Shown: positions 30,425 to 41,918, numbered from the stretch's first letter. The stretch is 64,000 nucleotides of DNA from Candidatus Freyarchaeum deiterrae (GCA_037305845.1 CP147778.1:2016001-2080000), one strand, 5' to 3'. A program made the numbers and translations. The notes: generated from the sequence alone by a model not told the origin.

Positions 30425-31087
30425 ATGAGGGTGGTAATTTATCCCTCAGCATTATCAAAAATTATAGATTTCGCCGGGATTAACACAAGAAGAGAAGCCG
30501 CCGGTTTTCTAATAGGGAAATATGCTGAAGACCAACTCATAATAACCGATAGCACAATGACCAAACACTCGGGCACTGCGGGCCACGTAGTTGTGGAAGA
30601 TACGGAGATGGCGGAAGTAGCAGATGAATTAAGCAGTAGTGGAGGTAACGAAATTATAGTCGGATGGTGGCACAGTCACCCTGGATTAGGCGCCAAATTC
30701 ATGTCCGGAACAGATGTGGCCACCCAACAAAAATACCAAAAAATGTTCCCCCACGCCCTGGCTCTCGTAATCGACCCTGTTAAATTCTTACAAACAGGAA
30801 AAATTGAAGATTTAGATTATAAATGCTACACCCTAGTCGATAAAAATTATGAGTCACTGGAAGCAAAAATCGCCGACGACCAGAACGAAATCCTGATAAC
30901 TACATTCAAATCAATAAAAAGTCTCAGAAAAGATCTTCAAAGAGTTATCGAAAAAACCCACGAAATAAGAAATGCTTTCGAAGTCCCAGAAAAAATCAGA
31001 AACACTAACGAAGCCCACATAATAATACTCGCCCTATGGACAATAGCATTTGCAATAACCCTCACTCTAATCATCCTCAGTCTATAA
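30425..31087 (+). CDS. JAMM/MPN+ (Rpn11-like) metalloprotease with C-terminal coiled coil and TM anchor
   Basis: REAAGFLIG, GWWHSHPG...SGTD, ALVIDP; C-terminal hydrophobic helix. Confidence 0.9.
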   Translation: MRVVIYPSALSKIIDFAGINTRREAAGFLIGKYAEDQLIITDSTMTKHSGTAGHVVVEDTEMAEVADELSSSGGNEIIVGWWHSHPGLGAKFMSGTDVATQQKYQKMFPHALALVIDPVKFLQTGKIEDLDYKCYTLVDKNYESLEAKIADDQNEILITTFKSIKSLRKDLQRVIEKTHEIRNAFEVPEKIRNTNEAHIIILALWTIAFAITLTLIILSL

Positions 31088-31176
31088 ACTACTTAGACTT
31101 TTTAAGGAATGGTTTGCTCCACTGCTCTTTGCCGCTCTAATAATCTTTATTAGCCGCCGCTTTTATATGGCATTAC

Positions 31177-31800
31177 ATGCCATATAGATTCAATTTTGAC
31201 TTCACGGAGATATCCGAACCATTATTTGATGAAATAGCAAAACTTTTTGAGGGCGACGAGCACGAAGGAATCGGAAGTAAAGCAAGATACCTAGTTGAAA
31301 AATTTAAGGTGCCCGAACTTACTGGACTGCCAATCCCCGCTGCTGTCAAAGTTGTTAAAGATATTATGAACAACTATGTCGAAAATATCTCGCATAGAGA
31401 TGAATTCCTAAGAGCTAAAAAGAGAGCTTTATTCCTCCCGCACTGTTCCAGAAAATACATGGACAGCAGATGCAAAGCCATATTCGATAAGGGAACAGCC
31501 TCATATAGGTGCATGCACTGCTCTCCTGATTGCAAAGTCAACAATGCAACAACCCTCGGCGAGAAAAAGGGTTACGCTGTCTACGTCTTGCCAGGAGGTT
31601 CGTGTATAGCGAAGATAATGAAGGGTAAAGCGCACGATGGCATTGTTGGAGTAGCTTGCTGCGATGAAATAAAACTAGGCCGTAACTACTTAAAAACAAT
31701 GGATGTGCCATCCCAAGGCGTCCCCCTGATGAAGAATGGATGCTGCGAAACAAATTTCAGTTTGAAAATATTGAAACGCGTCTTGGAAAAAGGAACATAA
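31177..31800 (+). CDS. DUF116 family Cys-rich protein
   Basis: FLPHC, C..C..C, VLPGGS, GVACC, GC motifs. Confidence 0.85.
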   Translation: MPYRFNFDFTEISEPLFDEIAKLFEGDEHEGIGSKARYLVEKFKVPELTGLPIPAAVKVVKDIMNNYVENISHRDEFLRAKKRALFLPHCSRKYMDSRCKAIFDKGTASYRCMHCSPDCKVNNATTLGEKKGYAVYVLPGGSCIAKIMKGKAHDGIVGVACCDEIKLGRNYLKTMDVPSQGVPLMKNGCCETNFSLKILKRVLEKGT

Positions 31801-31913
31801 CCTAACAAGGGATCTCTTCACGAAATCTATAATAAAATTTTGAACGTTTTAAACTATCATAATCTCATGCCACTTTTCCATTAAACAAATGGAATTTACA
31901 TACGATATACTTG

Positions 31914-33047
<1,134 letters not shown>

Positions 33048-33385
33048 TTACGATTTTAATCAGATTATTTTCTTCTGACATCGTGGTGATAAATATTAAA
33101 TCTTTCGTGAAGCCATGTTCTCAAAAAATAGCTAAAAGAATACAAATCAATTTAGTAGTCTATTCATACTCTAAACATAAAATAAGGGCTATTTCCATAC
33201 TTGATTTTTTAGGCTTAATTCTATTTGGCTAATTCACATGACTGGCCAAGAATTGGTTTATGAACACTAAAAAATTATTCTTGGAACATGTTTATATATC
33301 CCTGATTTTTAGTTCTGCCTATTTATAAATTAACATACGAAGTTTTATACAAAGGATACTAATAACTAGATTCGGAGGCAAGTTC

Positions 33386-34417
33386 ATGGCAAAATACAAG
33401 ATAGCCCTTATTGAGGGTGATGGTACAGGGCCGGAAGTAATAGGCTGCGCCAGAAGAGTGTTGGAAGCAGCAGAGCTAGATGCCGAATTTATTCCAATAG
33501 AGGCAGGTTATTGGGCTTATAAGCAATTTGGTAAGCAGGTCACTGATTCCGCTTGGGAGATTATCGGCGAAAGCAATTGTATTCTTAAGGGTCCCACAAC
33601 GACTCCGATGGGTGGAGGTGAGACTGGGATGAAGAGTGTTGCGGTTACTCTTCGCCAGAAACTAGACTTGTACGCGAATGTTAGACCCTGTAAAAGCAGA
33701 CCTGGAGTATCTGTGCCTACTAAGTTCACTGATCTTGATTTCGTTATAGTGCGGGAAAACACTGAAGGCCTTTACAAGGGAATTGAGTATAAAATGAGTG
33801 AGGATGAGGTTGTTTCGCTAAGGGTGTTCACTAGGAAGGGTTGTGAGCGGATTTCTCGATTCGGCTTTGAATTAGCTAAGAGAGAAAAGCGTAGGAAGGT
33901 CACTCTTATTACCAAAGCGAACATTTTGCAGCTTACTGACGGATTTTTCACCAATATTTTCAACAAAGTTGCTGAGAGCTACCCGGACTTGCAGCATGAG
34001 GATATATACGTAGACCGGGCTAACATGTACATGATAACCAATCCCGTTTATTTTGATGTTATAGTGACATCCAACCTTTTCGGCGATGTTCTGAGCGATG
34101 CTGCAGCTGGTTTAATAGGCGGACTTGGGCTAGCTCCGGGAGCAAACATGGGTGATAACTTTGCTATGTTTGAAGCGGTACATGGTTCAGCTCCCAAATA
34201 TGAAGGGCAAAAAAAAGTTAATCCAACCGCGATGATTCTAACCTCGGTGATGATGCTTAAATATCTCGGAGAAGGTTCGATGGCTGAAAAAGTAGAGAAG
34301 GCTGTGGAAAGCGTTCTTTTAGAAGGAGCGACGAACAAAGAAATAGTGACCTACGATTTGGATGGAACAGCTACGAATGTTGAAATGACCGATGAAATAA
34401 TAAAAAGACTGGAGTAG
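33386..34417 (+). CDS. Isocitrate/isopropylmalate/homoisocitrate dehydrogenase family
   Basis: GDGTGPEV, RENTEGLY, KANIL, NLFGDVLSD, EAVHGSAP. Confidence 0.94.
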   Translation: MAKYKIALIEGDGTGPEVIGCARRVLEAAELDAEFIPIEAGYWAYKQFGKQVTDSAWEIIGESNCILKGPTTTPMGGGETGMKSVAVTLRQKLDLYANVRPCKSRPGVSVPTKFTDLDFVIVRENTEGLYKGIEYKMSEDEVVSLRVFTRKGCERISRFGFELAKREKRRKVTLITKANILQLTDGFFTNIFNKVAESYPDLQHEDIYVDRANMYMITNPVYFDVIVTSNLFGDVLSDAAAGLIGGLGLAPGANMGDNFAMFEAVHGSAPKYEGQKKVNPTAMILTSVMMLKYLGEGSMAEKVEKAVESVLLEGATNKEIVTYDLDGTATNVEMTDEIIKRLE

Positions 34418-34456
34418 TTCCGCATCAACATAATTTATTATCTTAATTTATAGTGA

Positions 34457-34963
34457 CTATTTTTCCCAGGGAAACCGACCATTTTTCTTGTAATACTCTG
34501 TTAACCCGCCTGACTCTACCATCTCCAGTAGGAAGTCTGGGATAGGTGAGGCGGATATCTCTATTTTTTTGGTTACGTTTACTATTTTTCCCTTTCTTAA
34601 ATCAACTTCTAAGATGTCTCCCTGGTCAACCTTTTCGTTTATTCCTCTGCATATTAGTACTGGAAACCCGACGTTGAACGCGTTTCTGTAGAATATTCGA
34701 GCGAAGTCTTCGGCTATAACAATTGAAACTCCTGCATATTTCAAAACTAGGGGCGCCTGCTCCCGGCTTGAACCCATGCCGAAGTTTTTACCGGCTACTA
34801 TAATGTCTCCATTCTCCACCTTTTTAGCGAACTCTGGATCTATACCCTCCATGGCGTGCTGTGCGAGTTCCTTCATGTCTAATGTTTTAAACTTATACTT
34901 GCCCGGAATAATATAATCCGTGTTAACATCATTTGGGAACTTCCAAACCTTTCCTCTAATCAT
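34457..34963 (-). CDS. leuD: 3-isopropylmalate dehydratase/homoaconitase small subunit
   Basis: DVNTDYIIPG, NFGMGSSREQA, FARIFYRN. Confidence 0.92.
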   Translation of the reverse strand: MIRGKVWKFPNDVNTDYIIPGKYKFKTLDMKELAQHAMEGIDPEFAKKVENGDIIVAGKNFGMGSSREQAPLVLKYAGVSIVIAEDFARIFYRNAFNVGFPVLICRGINEKVDQGDILEVDLRKGKIVNVTKKIEISASPIPDFLLEMVESGGLTEYYKKNGRFPWEK

Positions 34964-34965
34964 AT

Positions 34966-36210
34966 TTATGACCTCGGATCCGTTATCTTCCCCTTGATGG
35001 CAGTGACGGCGGCTGTGTGCGGGGAGGCTAGATAGATTTCTGCTTCGTCGCTTCCCATCCTTCCCTTGAAGTTACGGTTGGCCGTTGAGACCACAGTGTA
35101 GCCCGGAGAGGGGATTCCCTGATGTGTACCTACACAGGGTCCGCATCCTGGATTACAGACCACTGCTCCCGCTTTTACAAAAATTTCGATTAGTCCTTCT
35201 TTCAGAGCTTGAAGATAAATTTCTCTAGATGCTGGTGCTATAATTGTAATTGGTTTCGTTTTTTTGTTTTTCAGAATCTTAGCGGCTATTCTAAGATCCT
35301 CAATTCTACCGTTGGTACACGTCCCTATGTACACCTGATCCACATTTGTTCCTTCTACTTCGGTTACGGGCTTAACATTATCCACTTCATGTGGGCATGC
35401 CACCACAGGTACCAAGTCACTGGCATCGATTTCTAATCGGGAAAGATAATCGGCATCAGGGTCGCTAGAGAGTAATTGGTATTGGCTCTTAGTCAATCTT
35501 TTTTCAACATACTCTATTGTTTTGCCGTCTGGAGCCACGATGCCTGTTTTGCCGCCCATTTCAACCGCCATGTTACAGAGAGTCATTCTCGACTCCACAC
35601 TCAGCTCTTCAACAGTATCTCCTGCATACTCCACTGCCATGTAATTCGCACCAGAGGCAGTCACCTTCCCTATTATTGTTAAAATAATATCCTTTGAATA
35701 AACTCCTTTTGGGAGCTTTCCATTCACCGATACCAATAGGGTTTCTGGAACCCTGAACCATAATTTTCCACTGGCAAAAACCACAGCCATGTCCGTGGAG
35801 CCTAATCCGGTAGCGAAAGCGCCTAGAGCGCCGTATGTACAAGTATGAGAATCCGCACCTACAACAACTCCCCCAGGGGCAACATGTCCCTGTTCCGGAA
35901 GCAGTTGATGACAAACGCCACTACCGACATCGTAAAGAATTACGTCTTGTTTTTTACCCCATTCCCTCATCATTGCGTGTAACTTTGATACGCCTTCATT
36001 TGGACTTGGAGCGTTGTGATCAAAAACAAGAGCAATTCTTTCCTTGTTCCAAACCTTGTCAACGCCCATTTCTTGTAATGCTTTGATAGTGAGGGGAGCG
36101 GTACCATCTTGAGCCATAGCAAAGTCTATGTTTGCTACCACTATTTCTCCTGCGTGAGCGTCGGAGTTTGATGCTTTACTGAGAATTTTTTCCGATATGG
36201 TTTTACCCAT
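34966..36210 (-). CDS. leuC: 3-isopropylmalate dehydratase/homoaconitase large subunit
   Basis: DSHTCTYG, GTCTNGR, CGPCVG, NRNFKGRMG; likely start MGKT at 36210. Confidence 0.93.
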   Translation of the reverse strand: MGKTISEKILSKASNSDAHAGEIVVANIDFAMAQDGTAPLTIKALQEMGVDKVWNKERIALVFDHNAPSPNEGVSKLHAMMREWGKKQDVILYDVGSGVCHQLLPEQGHVAPGGVVVGADSHTCTYGALGAFATGLGSTDMAVVFASGKLWFRVPETLLVSVNGKLPKGVYSKDIILTIIGKVTASGANYMAVEYAGDTVEELSVESRMTLCNMAVEMGGKTGIVAPDGKTIEYVEKRLTKSQYQLLSSDPDADYLSRLEIDASDLVPVVACPHEVDNVKPVTEVEGTNVDQVYIGTCTNGRIEDLRIAAKILKNKKTKPITIIAPASREIYLQALKEGLIEIFVKAGAVVCNPGCGPCVGTHQGIPSPGYTVVSTANRNFKGRMGSDEAEIYLASPHTAAVTAIKGKITDPRS

Positions 36211-36470
36211 ATTACACACCAGCTAAAGACCATTAGAGAATCTGCAATCATGATAGATGTTATTGCTCAGAGGACATATGTCTCTGCCTCTGAGGCTGGA
36301 AACCAGTTTCAATTTCGTGAAAGTACAAATCATTCAACCGCATTTAAATTTTATCGGATGCCTCTGATATTTTTGGAGGACTAAACTATTAGTACAGAAA
36401 TAACTTCATAAACTCTTTAGACTTCGTTAATCTTACCATCGCAAACTGGGATTCTAGAGGTATTATTGGT

Positions 36471-37619
36471 TTGAACGAATATCCAAAGCTTAATGAGATT
36501 TACGATGAAATTATCCGCTGCTACCGCTGCGGTCTCTGTAGGGCAGCATGCCCAGTTTTTGAAAGTGTGGGGGTAGAGTCCTGGAATGCTAGGGGAAGAA
36601 TCATTTTGCTCCGCGCCTTATTAGACAATAAGGCAACAGTCTCAGATTCCTTTGTAGACCGCATATACTCCTGCTCTTTATGCAGAGACTGCAATTGTCA
36701 ATGTCCCCCCGGTGTAAATGTATCAAATATAATTGAGGTGGCCCGAGAGGAGCTAGTTAAGAATGGTTTAGCTCCTCCTGAGGAGCAGAAAGAACTGCAG
36801 AGAAACATTCTCCAAGCGGGGAATGTCCTGGGTAAAAAAACGGAACCGTTAGACTCACTTTTAGGCCCTGTAATAAAAAGCTTCCCCGAAGCCGCACCAA
36901 ACCTGATATACTTTGGCTGTGTTACGTTGTACTCCTATTCACAAATAGGAAAGGTGACTTTGGGAATCCTCAAAAACGCCCCGAATGATTACACTATCCT
37001 TAAAGAGGGAGAGAAATGTTGTGGCGGTTTCCTCAAGATGATCGGTTATAAAGACGATTTTGATTCCTACAGTCGAGGGCGAATAGGCTTCCTAAAAGAG
37101 AGAGGAATAAGTCAAATAACTACAGTATGCCCCATGTGCTACTCGACATTCAAACACGACTATCCGCAAAAAGGGATGGAGATAAAGCACACAGTTAACC
37201 TTTACACGGAATTACTGGACGAGGGAAAAATCAAGTTTAACAATCCTTTGAACGCGAAAATAGCTTTCCACGACTCGTGCCACCTTGGGCGTTACTCAGG
37301 ATTATTCGAAGAACCAAGAAAACTAATAGAAAACATTCCCGGGGCAAAACTGGTTGAACTTTCCAACTCCAAAAAATCTTCAAAATGCTGTGGAGGAACA
37401 ATAAGAGTCTCCTACGCTCAAATAAGAAGCAAAATGTCCCAACGCATAATAGAAGACGCCGCCAAAGCGGGTGCAGACTACATGGTAACCGCATGCCCCT
37501 CATGCTTCCACAACTTGTACTCCACATCAATCCTAATGAACTGCAATGTCAAAATCATCACTCTAGAAGAATTAATTGGTTACGCAACAGGTCAATTAGA
37601 GAAAATACCCCTACATTAA
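36471..37619 (+). CDS. Fe-S oxidoreductase, GlcF/HdrD-like (2 ferredoxin motifs + CCG domains)
   Basis: CYRCGLC..CP, CSLC..C...CP, two CCG motifs, HDSCHLGR. Confidence 0.9.
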   Translation: MNEYPKLNEIYDEIIRCYRCGLCRAACPVFESVGVESWNARGRIILLRALLDNKATVSDSFVDRIYSCSLCRDCNCQCPPGVNVSNIIEVAREELVKNGLAPPEEQKELQRNILQAGNVLGKKTEPLDSLLGPVIKSFPEAAPNLIYFGCVTLYSYSQIGKVTLGILKNAPNDYTILKEGEKCCGGFLKMIGYKDDFDSYSRGRIGFLKERGISQITTVCPMCYSTFKHDYPQKGMEIKHTVNLYTELLDEGKIKFNNPLNAKIAFHDSCHLGRYSGLFEEPRKLIENIPGAKLVELSNSKKSSKCCGGTIRVSYAQIRSKMSQRIIEDAAKAGADYMVTACPSCFHNLYSTSILMNCNVKIITLEELIGYATGQLEKIPLH

Positions 37620-37772
37620 TAGTAAATATATTTAAGAAGCATTTTCATCCTTAATCTAAGGAAAATTTCCTAGATAAAACTTTAATTAATTATGCATACA
37701 AAATTACATAAGGGTAAAGCTTAATACCGCTCTGTTGTTAATTCAAAAGCATACTAACGGAGGACAATAATA

Positions 37773-38657
37773 ATGTCAGAAATTGAACCAAGTGTTATGC
37801 AAAGTCAGGATAGTAGTAAACTCAAGGCTGGTAAAGGGTTTAGTCTAGGCGAGATACAAGAAGCTGGACTAAGCGTACATGAAGCTAAAAGACTTTCACT
37901 CAGAATAGACCGAAGAAGGAAAACAACCCACAAGGAAAATGTAACCACAATTAAGACCTATATGAAAGAGGGCAAAGATAAAGGGAAAAAGAGGAAAGAG
38001 GAAGAAGCACAAAAGTTACCTACAGAAGCCGAAAAAACAGCCATTGCCGACCTAACAAAAATAGAAGGATTGAATAAAAAACTCGCCAAAAAGCTCATAG
38101 ACCTAAAAATTAATTCACTCGACGCTTTATCCTCCGCGAAGGCGAAAGATTTAGCCAAAAAACTAGGAGTGAGCGAAGTTCGAGCAACACTTTGGGTAGA
38201 GGACGCAGGAATACTTACAGGGAAAATCAAACCCAAACCGAAACCACAACCTAAACCAGAAGTTAAACCCGAGCCTAAACCAGAGAAGGTAGAAAAACCT
38301 AAACCAGAAGTAGCAGAAAAAGTTGTTAAAGAAGAAGCAGTTGACCTGACAAAAATTAAAAGCTTAACGAAGGAAGATGCCAAGAAATTAGCAGAAATAG
38401 GCATCCTCACATTGGAAGATTTAGCTTTGACTGAAGAGAATGAAGTAAAAGAAATATCAGAAATAACCCATATTCCCCAAGACATAATCAGCGTCTGGAT
38501 ACAGGAAGCGAAAAAACTGACAAAGACACCTATAGAAACTGCGAAGCCAGTAAAAGCCAAAGTGTCCAAAGAGGAAGCAAAACCCGTTGAGACCGAAATA
38601 AAAAAAACCGTTAAACCCAAAAAGGCAAAGGCAACGGCGAAGAGTAAGAAAAACTAG
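37773..38657 (+). CDS. rpl13e: Ribosomal protein eL13 fused to two helix-hairpin-helix domains and a Lys-rich tail
   Basis: GKGFSLGE..AGL, RIDRRRKT..ENV; then DLTKIEGL... and DLTKIKSL... repeats separated by a PK/PE linker. Confidence 0.85.
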   Translation: MSEIEPSVMQSQDSSKLKAGKGFSLGEIQEAGLSVHEAKRLSLRIDRRRKTTHKENVTTIKTYMKEGKDKGKKRKEEEAQKLPTEAEKTAIADLTKIEGLNKKLAKKLIDLKINSLDALSSAKAKDLAKKLGVSEVRATLWVEDAGILTGKIKPKPKPQPKPEVKPEPKPEKVEKPKPEVAEKVVKEEAVDLTKIKSLTKEDAKKLAEIGILTLEDLALTEENEVKEISEITHIPQDIISVWIQEAKKLTKTPIETAKPVKAKVSKEEAKPVETEIKKTVKPKKAKATAKSKKN

Positions 38658-38711
38658 AATCCCAATTATTAAACTTCAGTTTTTACAATACTTCAAACTC
38701 AACAAAGTTCA

Positions 38712-41123
38712 TTATCCGAAAAGTCTTTTTATTATTTTTCTTTTCAGCTGATAAGTCTGCTGGTTAATCCTAGAGGCTTCGCTTAGGGCCTCTATTCCTT
38801 TTATCCTGATTACTATTTTATCTTCAGCGTTTATTCGTATCTCATTTTCTCTCCCGTGAATATACTCAATCACCAATGTTTTGTTTTCTTTATTCCAAGT
38901 CGAAACGACTGAAACACTGTTTGGTTTTTTTGGCAGCGTTAGAGAAATGCGACCTTGACTATTCTTATAGCCCCAACATTCTAGTGTTACCGTGGATTTG
39001 CTTTTCTCCAATTTAGAAATTTCGGAAGTAATATAATTGATTCTGGAATTCCCTATTTTCAGCCCCACTGACCAGATCATGGCACTTCTTTTTGGGATAA
39101 CTAGGTTCTCAATCTGAATTTTTTGATTCAAATTGGAAGGAGCACTAAATGTTATGTCACACTTCTGCTCTCTCCAAGCCAAATTGGAGACTAGTAAATA
39201 ACCAATGTTCTCGCCCACCCGCTCACATAATAAAATCTTATCTGAAGAAGAGCAATATCTTTTGGTTATACCTATTTTTTCGAGGATATAACTCAACTGT
39301 TCAGTACTCGGAAGAAATCCTAACTGCACCACGGAGCCTTTTCCATAATTAACTCGAAAACCACAAACCTCACCTTTAAAACGAAATAAAGGTTCAACAT
39401 TATCCGCTTCAAAGGTCACAACTATTGGTGATTTAAAATGCGACCCATTAACATCAACCCAACCCCCATTGTAAGCCTTTTGTTCTCTGACTCTGAGAAC
39501 CTCTTTCATTGATTCTAAACTTTCAAAGTTCTCATCCAACTCTGGAACAAGGGGGAGTACAACCAGAAATCCACCTTTCTCCACATATTCCAATAATCTC
39601 TCAACTACAGCTCTCTCCATAAAATCAAAGCTAAAAACACAGAGAAAAGAAACTTGCAGAAGTTTATCCAAAGTAACCTGTCCTAGGTCTATCAACTCAA
39701 AGTTAAACCCCGATTCCAAAACTATATTCATAAATTTCTCCATCAACCTATATAACGTCCTGTATCCCAGAATATTATTTTTCGAGGATACAAGCCGCAC
39801 GTAAGTATAGGGATGATAGTAACCTAAACCGAACTCAGCTAGTTTTTTAGTTACTTTTTCTGAAGAATTCACAAAATCAGTAAATCTCTTAACAACAGAG
39901 TACTTGCTGGTTTCACCTCCCCTCTCATCCAAGGGGGCGTCATGATAATAAATTCTCTTAGTTGTTCCATACCCCTTCGGATTAGCCCCACCCGAAAACA
40001 TGTAGAAATTAACCCCCTTCAAACCATGAATGTACGCTAAGCGTTCTAAAAAGTGCAACATATTATCTGGAACCCTAGAAACAAACCAACCCGCCTGCAA
40101 CTCTAAAGCTAATGGTGAAGAATTTGGCTGTTCAGCCTTCAAGCGTTCAATATTATTGACAACCTCAGTCAAGGATTCTAGATCATGTATGAGCTGAGGA
40201 TACAAATCTACGGTATCAAAAACCACTTTACTCTTCCTAGATATACTTGCGGGCGGGAGACTATTGTACGGTTCATTTGTGTATAAAGTAACATCAATCC
40301 CGCTACTTCTGAGAACAGAAGAAAGCTTGCTTAGAAAATTAGCAATCATATCTTCCTTGAATTCCATCCAATCAAATATCCAAGGTAAACACCGATTATC
40401 CTTAACCATTCTTCTCGGAGGCTCAACCAATGGAAAAGAATCAAAACCCAAGTGATACCTTCTATTCAAATCTTTAATTGATCGATACCTCTCTCTAAGC
40501 CATTTATGATAAAGTCCCTCCTTATTTCCGGTACCAATAACAATATCATTGTAATCCGTGTCGAAAGGCCAGAAATGGAAACCATAAGAGGACTCATTAT
40601 CAATCTGAACTAGAATGACACTCCCTCCCTTCGTGTACTGGTGCCTTGAGAGTATGGAAGCCACATTCTCAAACCAGTTTCTTGCTTGCTTCAAATAGAC
40701 TGGATGTAGATAAGTTAATACAGGAAACTTCTTAGAAAACCATAAGGTTGGTCTCCCCCTAGAGTTACGCGCCAAAACTTCAGGGTGCTCTTCAATCAAC
40801 CAACTCGGTATACCTCCATTTTTCCACTCCGCACAAATATAAGGTCCCGGTTTCGCTATAACACCTAGTTCTTCCTCCCGGGCGTATTCCAAAAATGTTT
40901 CAAGATCACGCCCTTCGGTGTAGCTTCCTTGAAAATCGAACACACCTGAGCTTAACTCATGCCAGTTCCATGGTATATACGTGGAGACCGCATTCAAACC
41001 CGCATTCTTCAATTTTGCAAGCCTTTCACGCCACTCTTTTTTGGGAACACGAAAATAATGAATCTCTCCACTTAATAGAAAATTCTCTTTATCCGGATCA
41101 AATATTCCCGAGTACGAAGCCAT
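38712..41123 (-). CDS. Glycoside hydrolase family 35 (beta-galactosidase-like)
   Basis: SGEIHYFR, YIPWNWHE, KPGPYICAEW..GG, QIDNE acid/base, LELQAGW nucleophile; likely start MASY at 41123. Confidence 0.92.
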   Translation of the reverse strand: MASYSGIFDPDKENFLLSGEIHYFRVPKKEWRERLAKLKNAGLNAVSTYIPWNWHELSSGVFDFQGSYTEGRDLETFLEYAREEELGVIAKPGPYICAEWKNGGIPSWLIEEHPEVLARNSRGRPTLWFSKKFPVLTYLHPVYLKQARNWFENVASILSRHQYTKGGSVILVQIDNESSYGFHFWPFDTDYNDIVIGTGNKEGLYHKWLRERYRSIKDLNRRYHLGFDSFPLVEPPRRMVKDNRCLPWIFDWMEFKEDMIANFLSKLSSVLRSSGIDVTLYTNEPYNSLPPASISRKSKVVFDTVDLYPQLIHDLESLTEVVNNIERLKAEQPNSSPLALELQAGWFVSRVPDNMLHFLERLAYIHGLKGVNFYMFSGGANPKGYGTTKRIYYHDAPLDERGGETSKYSVVKRFTDFVNSSEKVTKKLAEFGLGYYHPYTYVRLVSSKNNILGYRTLYRLMEKFMNIVLESGFNFELIDLGQVTLDKLLQVSFLCVFSFDFMERAVVERLLEYVEKGGFLVVLPLVPELDENFESLESMKEVLRVREQKAYNGGWVDVNGSHFKSPIVVTFEADNVEPLFRFKGEVCGFRVNYGKGSVVQLGFLPSTEQLSYILEKIGITKRYCSSSDKILLCERVGENIGYLLVSNLAWREQKCDITFSAPSNLNQKIQIENLVIPKRSAMIWSVGLKIGNSRINYITSEISKLEKSKSTVTLECWGYKNSQGRISLTLPKKPNSVSVVSTWNKENKTLVIEYIHGRENEIRINAEDKIVIRIKGIEALSEASRINQQTYQLKRKIIKRLFG

Positions 41124-41276
41124 TTCGAAACACAACATCCGAAAATTATTGTAAAAAATCTGTAGAATCTCCCTTAAAAGCCTAAGGTTAGTAACGCATA
41201 ACTTCCGTAAACTTAAATTGCATCGTAAACTTATGTTATAAGTAAAAATAAAAATCATTTCTCGGGGAATTGAAGA

Positions 41277-41504
41277 ATGGCTGTTATAGCTTATATTATG
41301 TTATTAACCACAGTAGGGAAGGAGCATGAAATCGCAGAAGAAATTGAAGGATATGAACACGTCACAGAGGCGAAAGTTGTTTATGGAAGCTGGGATGTAG
41401 TAGTCCGAGCTTCACTAGAAGACCTATCACAATTAGACGGACTAGTAACAAGCATAAGAAAACTGGAAGGCGTTGATCAAACCTCAACACTTGTAACATC
41501 CTAA
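41277..41504 (+). CDS. Stand-alone Lrp/AsnC ligand-binding (RAM) domain protein
   Basis: AYIML..GKE, VYGSWDVVV, IRKLEGV..TSTL. Confidence 0.88.
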   Translation: MAVIAYIMLLTTVGKEHEIAEEIEGYEHVTEAKVVYGSWDVVVRASLEDLSQLDGLVTSIRKLEGVDQTSTLVTS

Positions 41505-41693
41505 ATCACACCTTACCCTATTTTTTTATAAACATGTTAATAAACTTCTTAGCAGTCAGTTTAGATATTAAAATGATAACTTTACTTATTTATGGCACTA
41601 ATATTGGTTCAGAGAGAGTAGCGTTTAATTAGTTTCACAATTTTCGACCAAAAAAGCTATATTAGTAAACGTTTTAGTTAGAAGAAAAACAAA

Positions 41694-41918
41694 ATGGGTT
41701 CGATCCATATGGCTTATTTGCTACTAGTGTTCCTTCTTATAGTATTATTCGTTTATTTGGGATTACATATGGCAAAACTTGAGCCATACAGACCTAAAAT
41801 ACTCGTCCCTCTAATTTTTGTCAGTGTACTAATCGTGGTGGCGTCAATTGTCATACAAGAACCTTGGTGGGCTAATTATGTCTCAGCGATAAAAAGTATA
41901 CTACCCTTTCCCTTCTGA
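41694..41918 (+). CDS. Small two-TM membrane protein
   Basis: Two hydrophobic helices in a 74-aa ORF lying in an otherwise empty interval. Confidence 0.6.
   Translation: MGSIHMAYLLLVFLLIVLFVYLGLHMAKLEPYRPKILVPLIFVSVLIVVASIVIQEPWWANYVSAIKSILPFPF

Noticed and set aside
37958-38620. 220-aa antisense ORF over rpl13e
   Set aside because: Shadow of the Lys/Glu/Pro-rich sense gene; Phe/Ser/Leu-rich with no motifs
41124-41258. 45-codon N-terminal extension of the GH35 ORF
   Set aside because: Overlaps the divergent promoter region; family similarity starts after MASY at 41123
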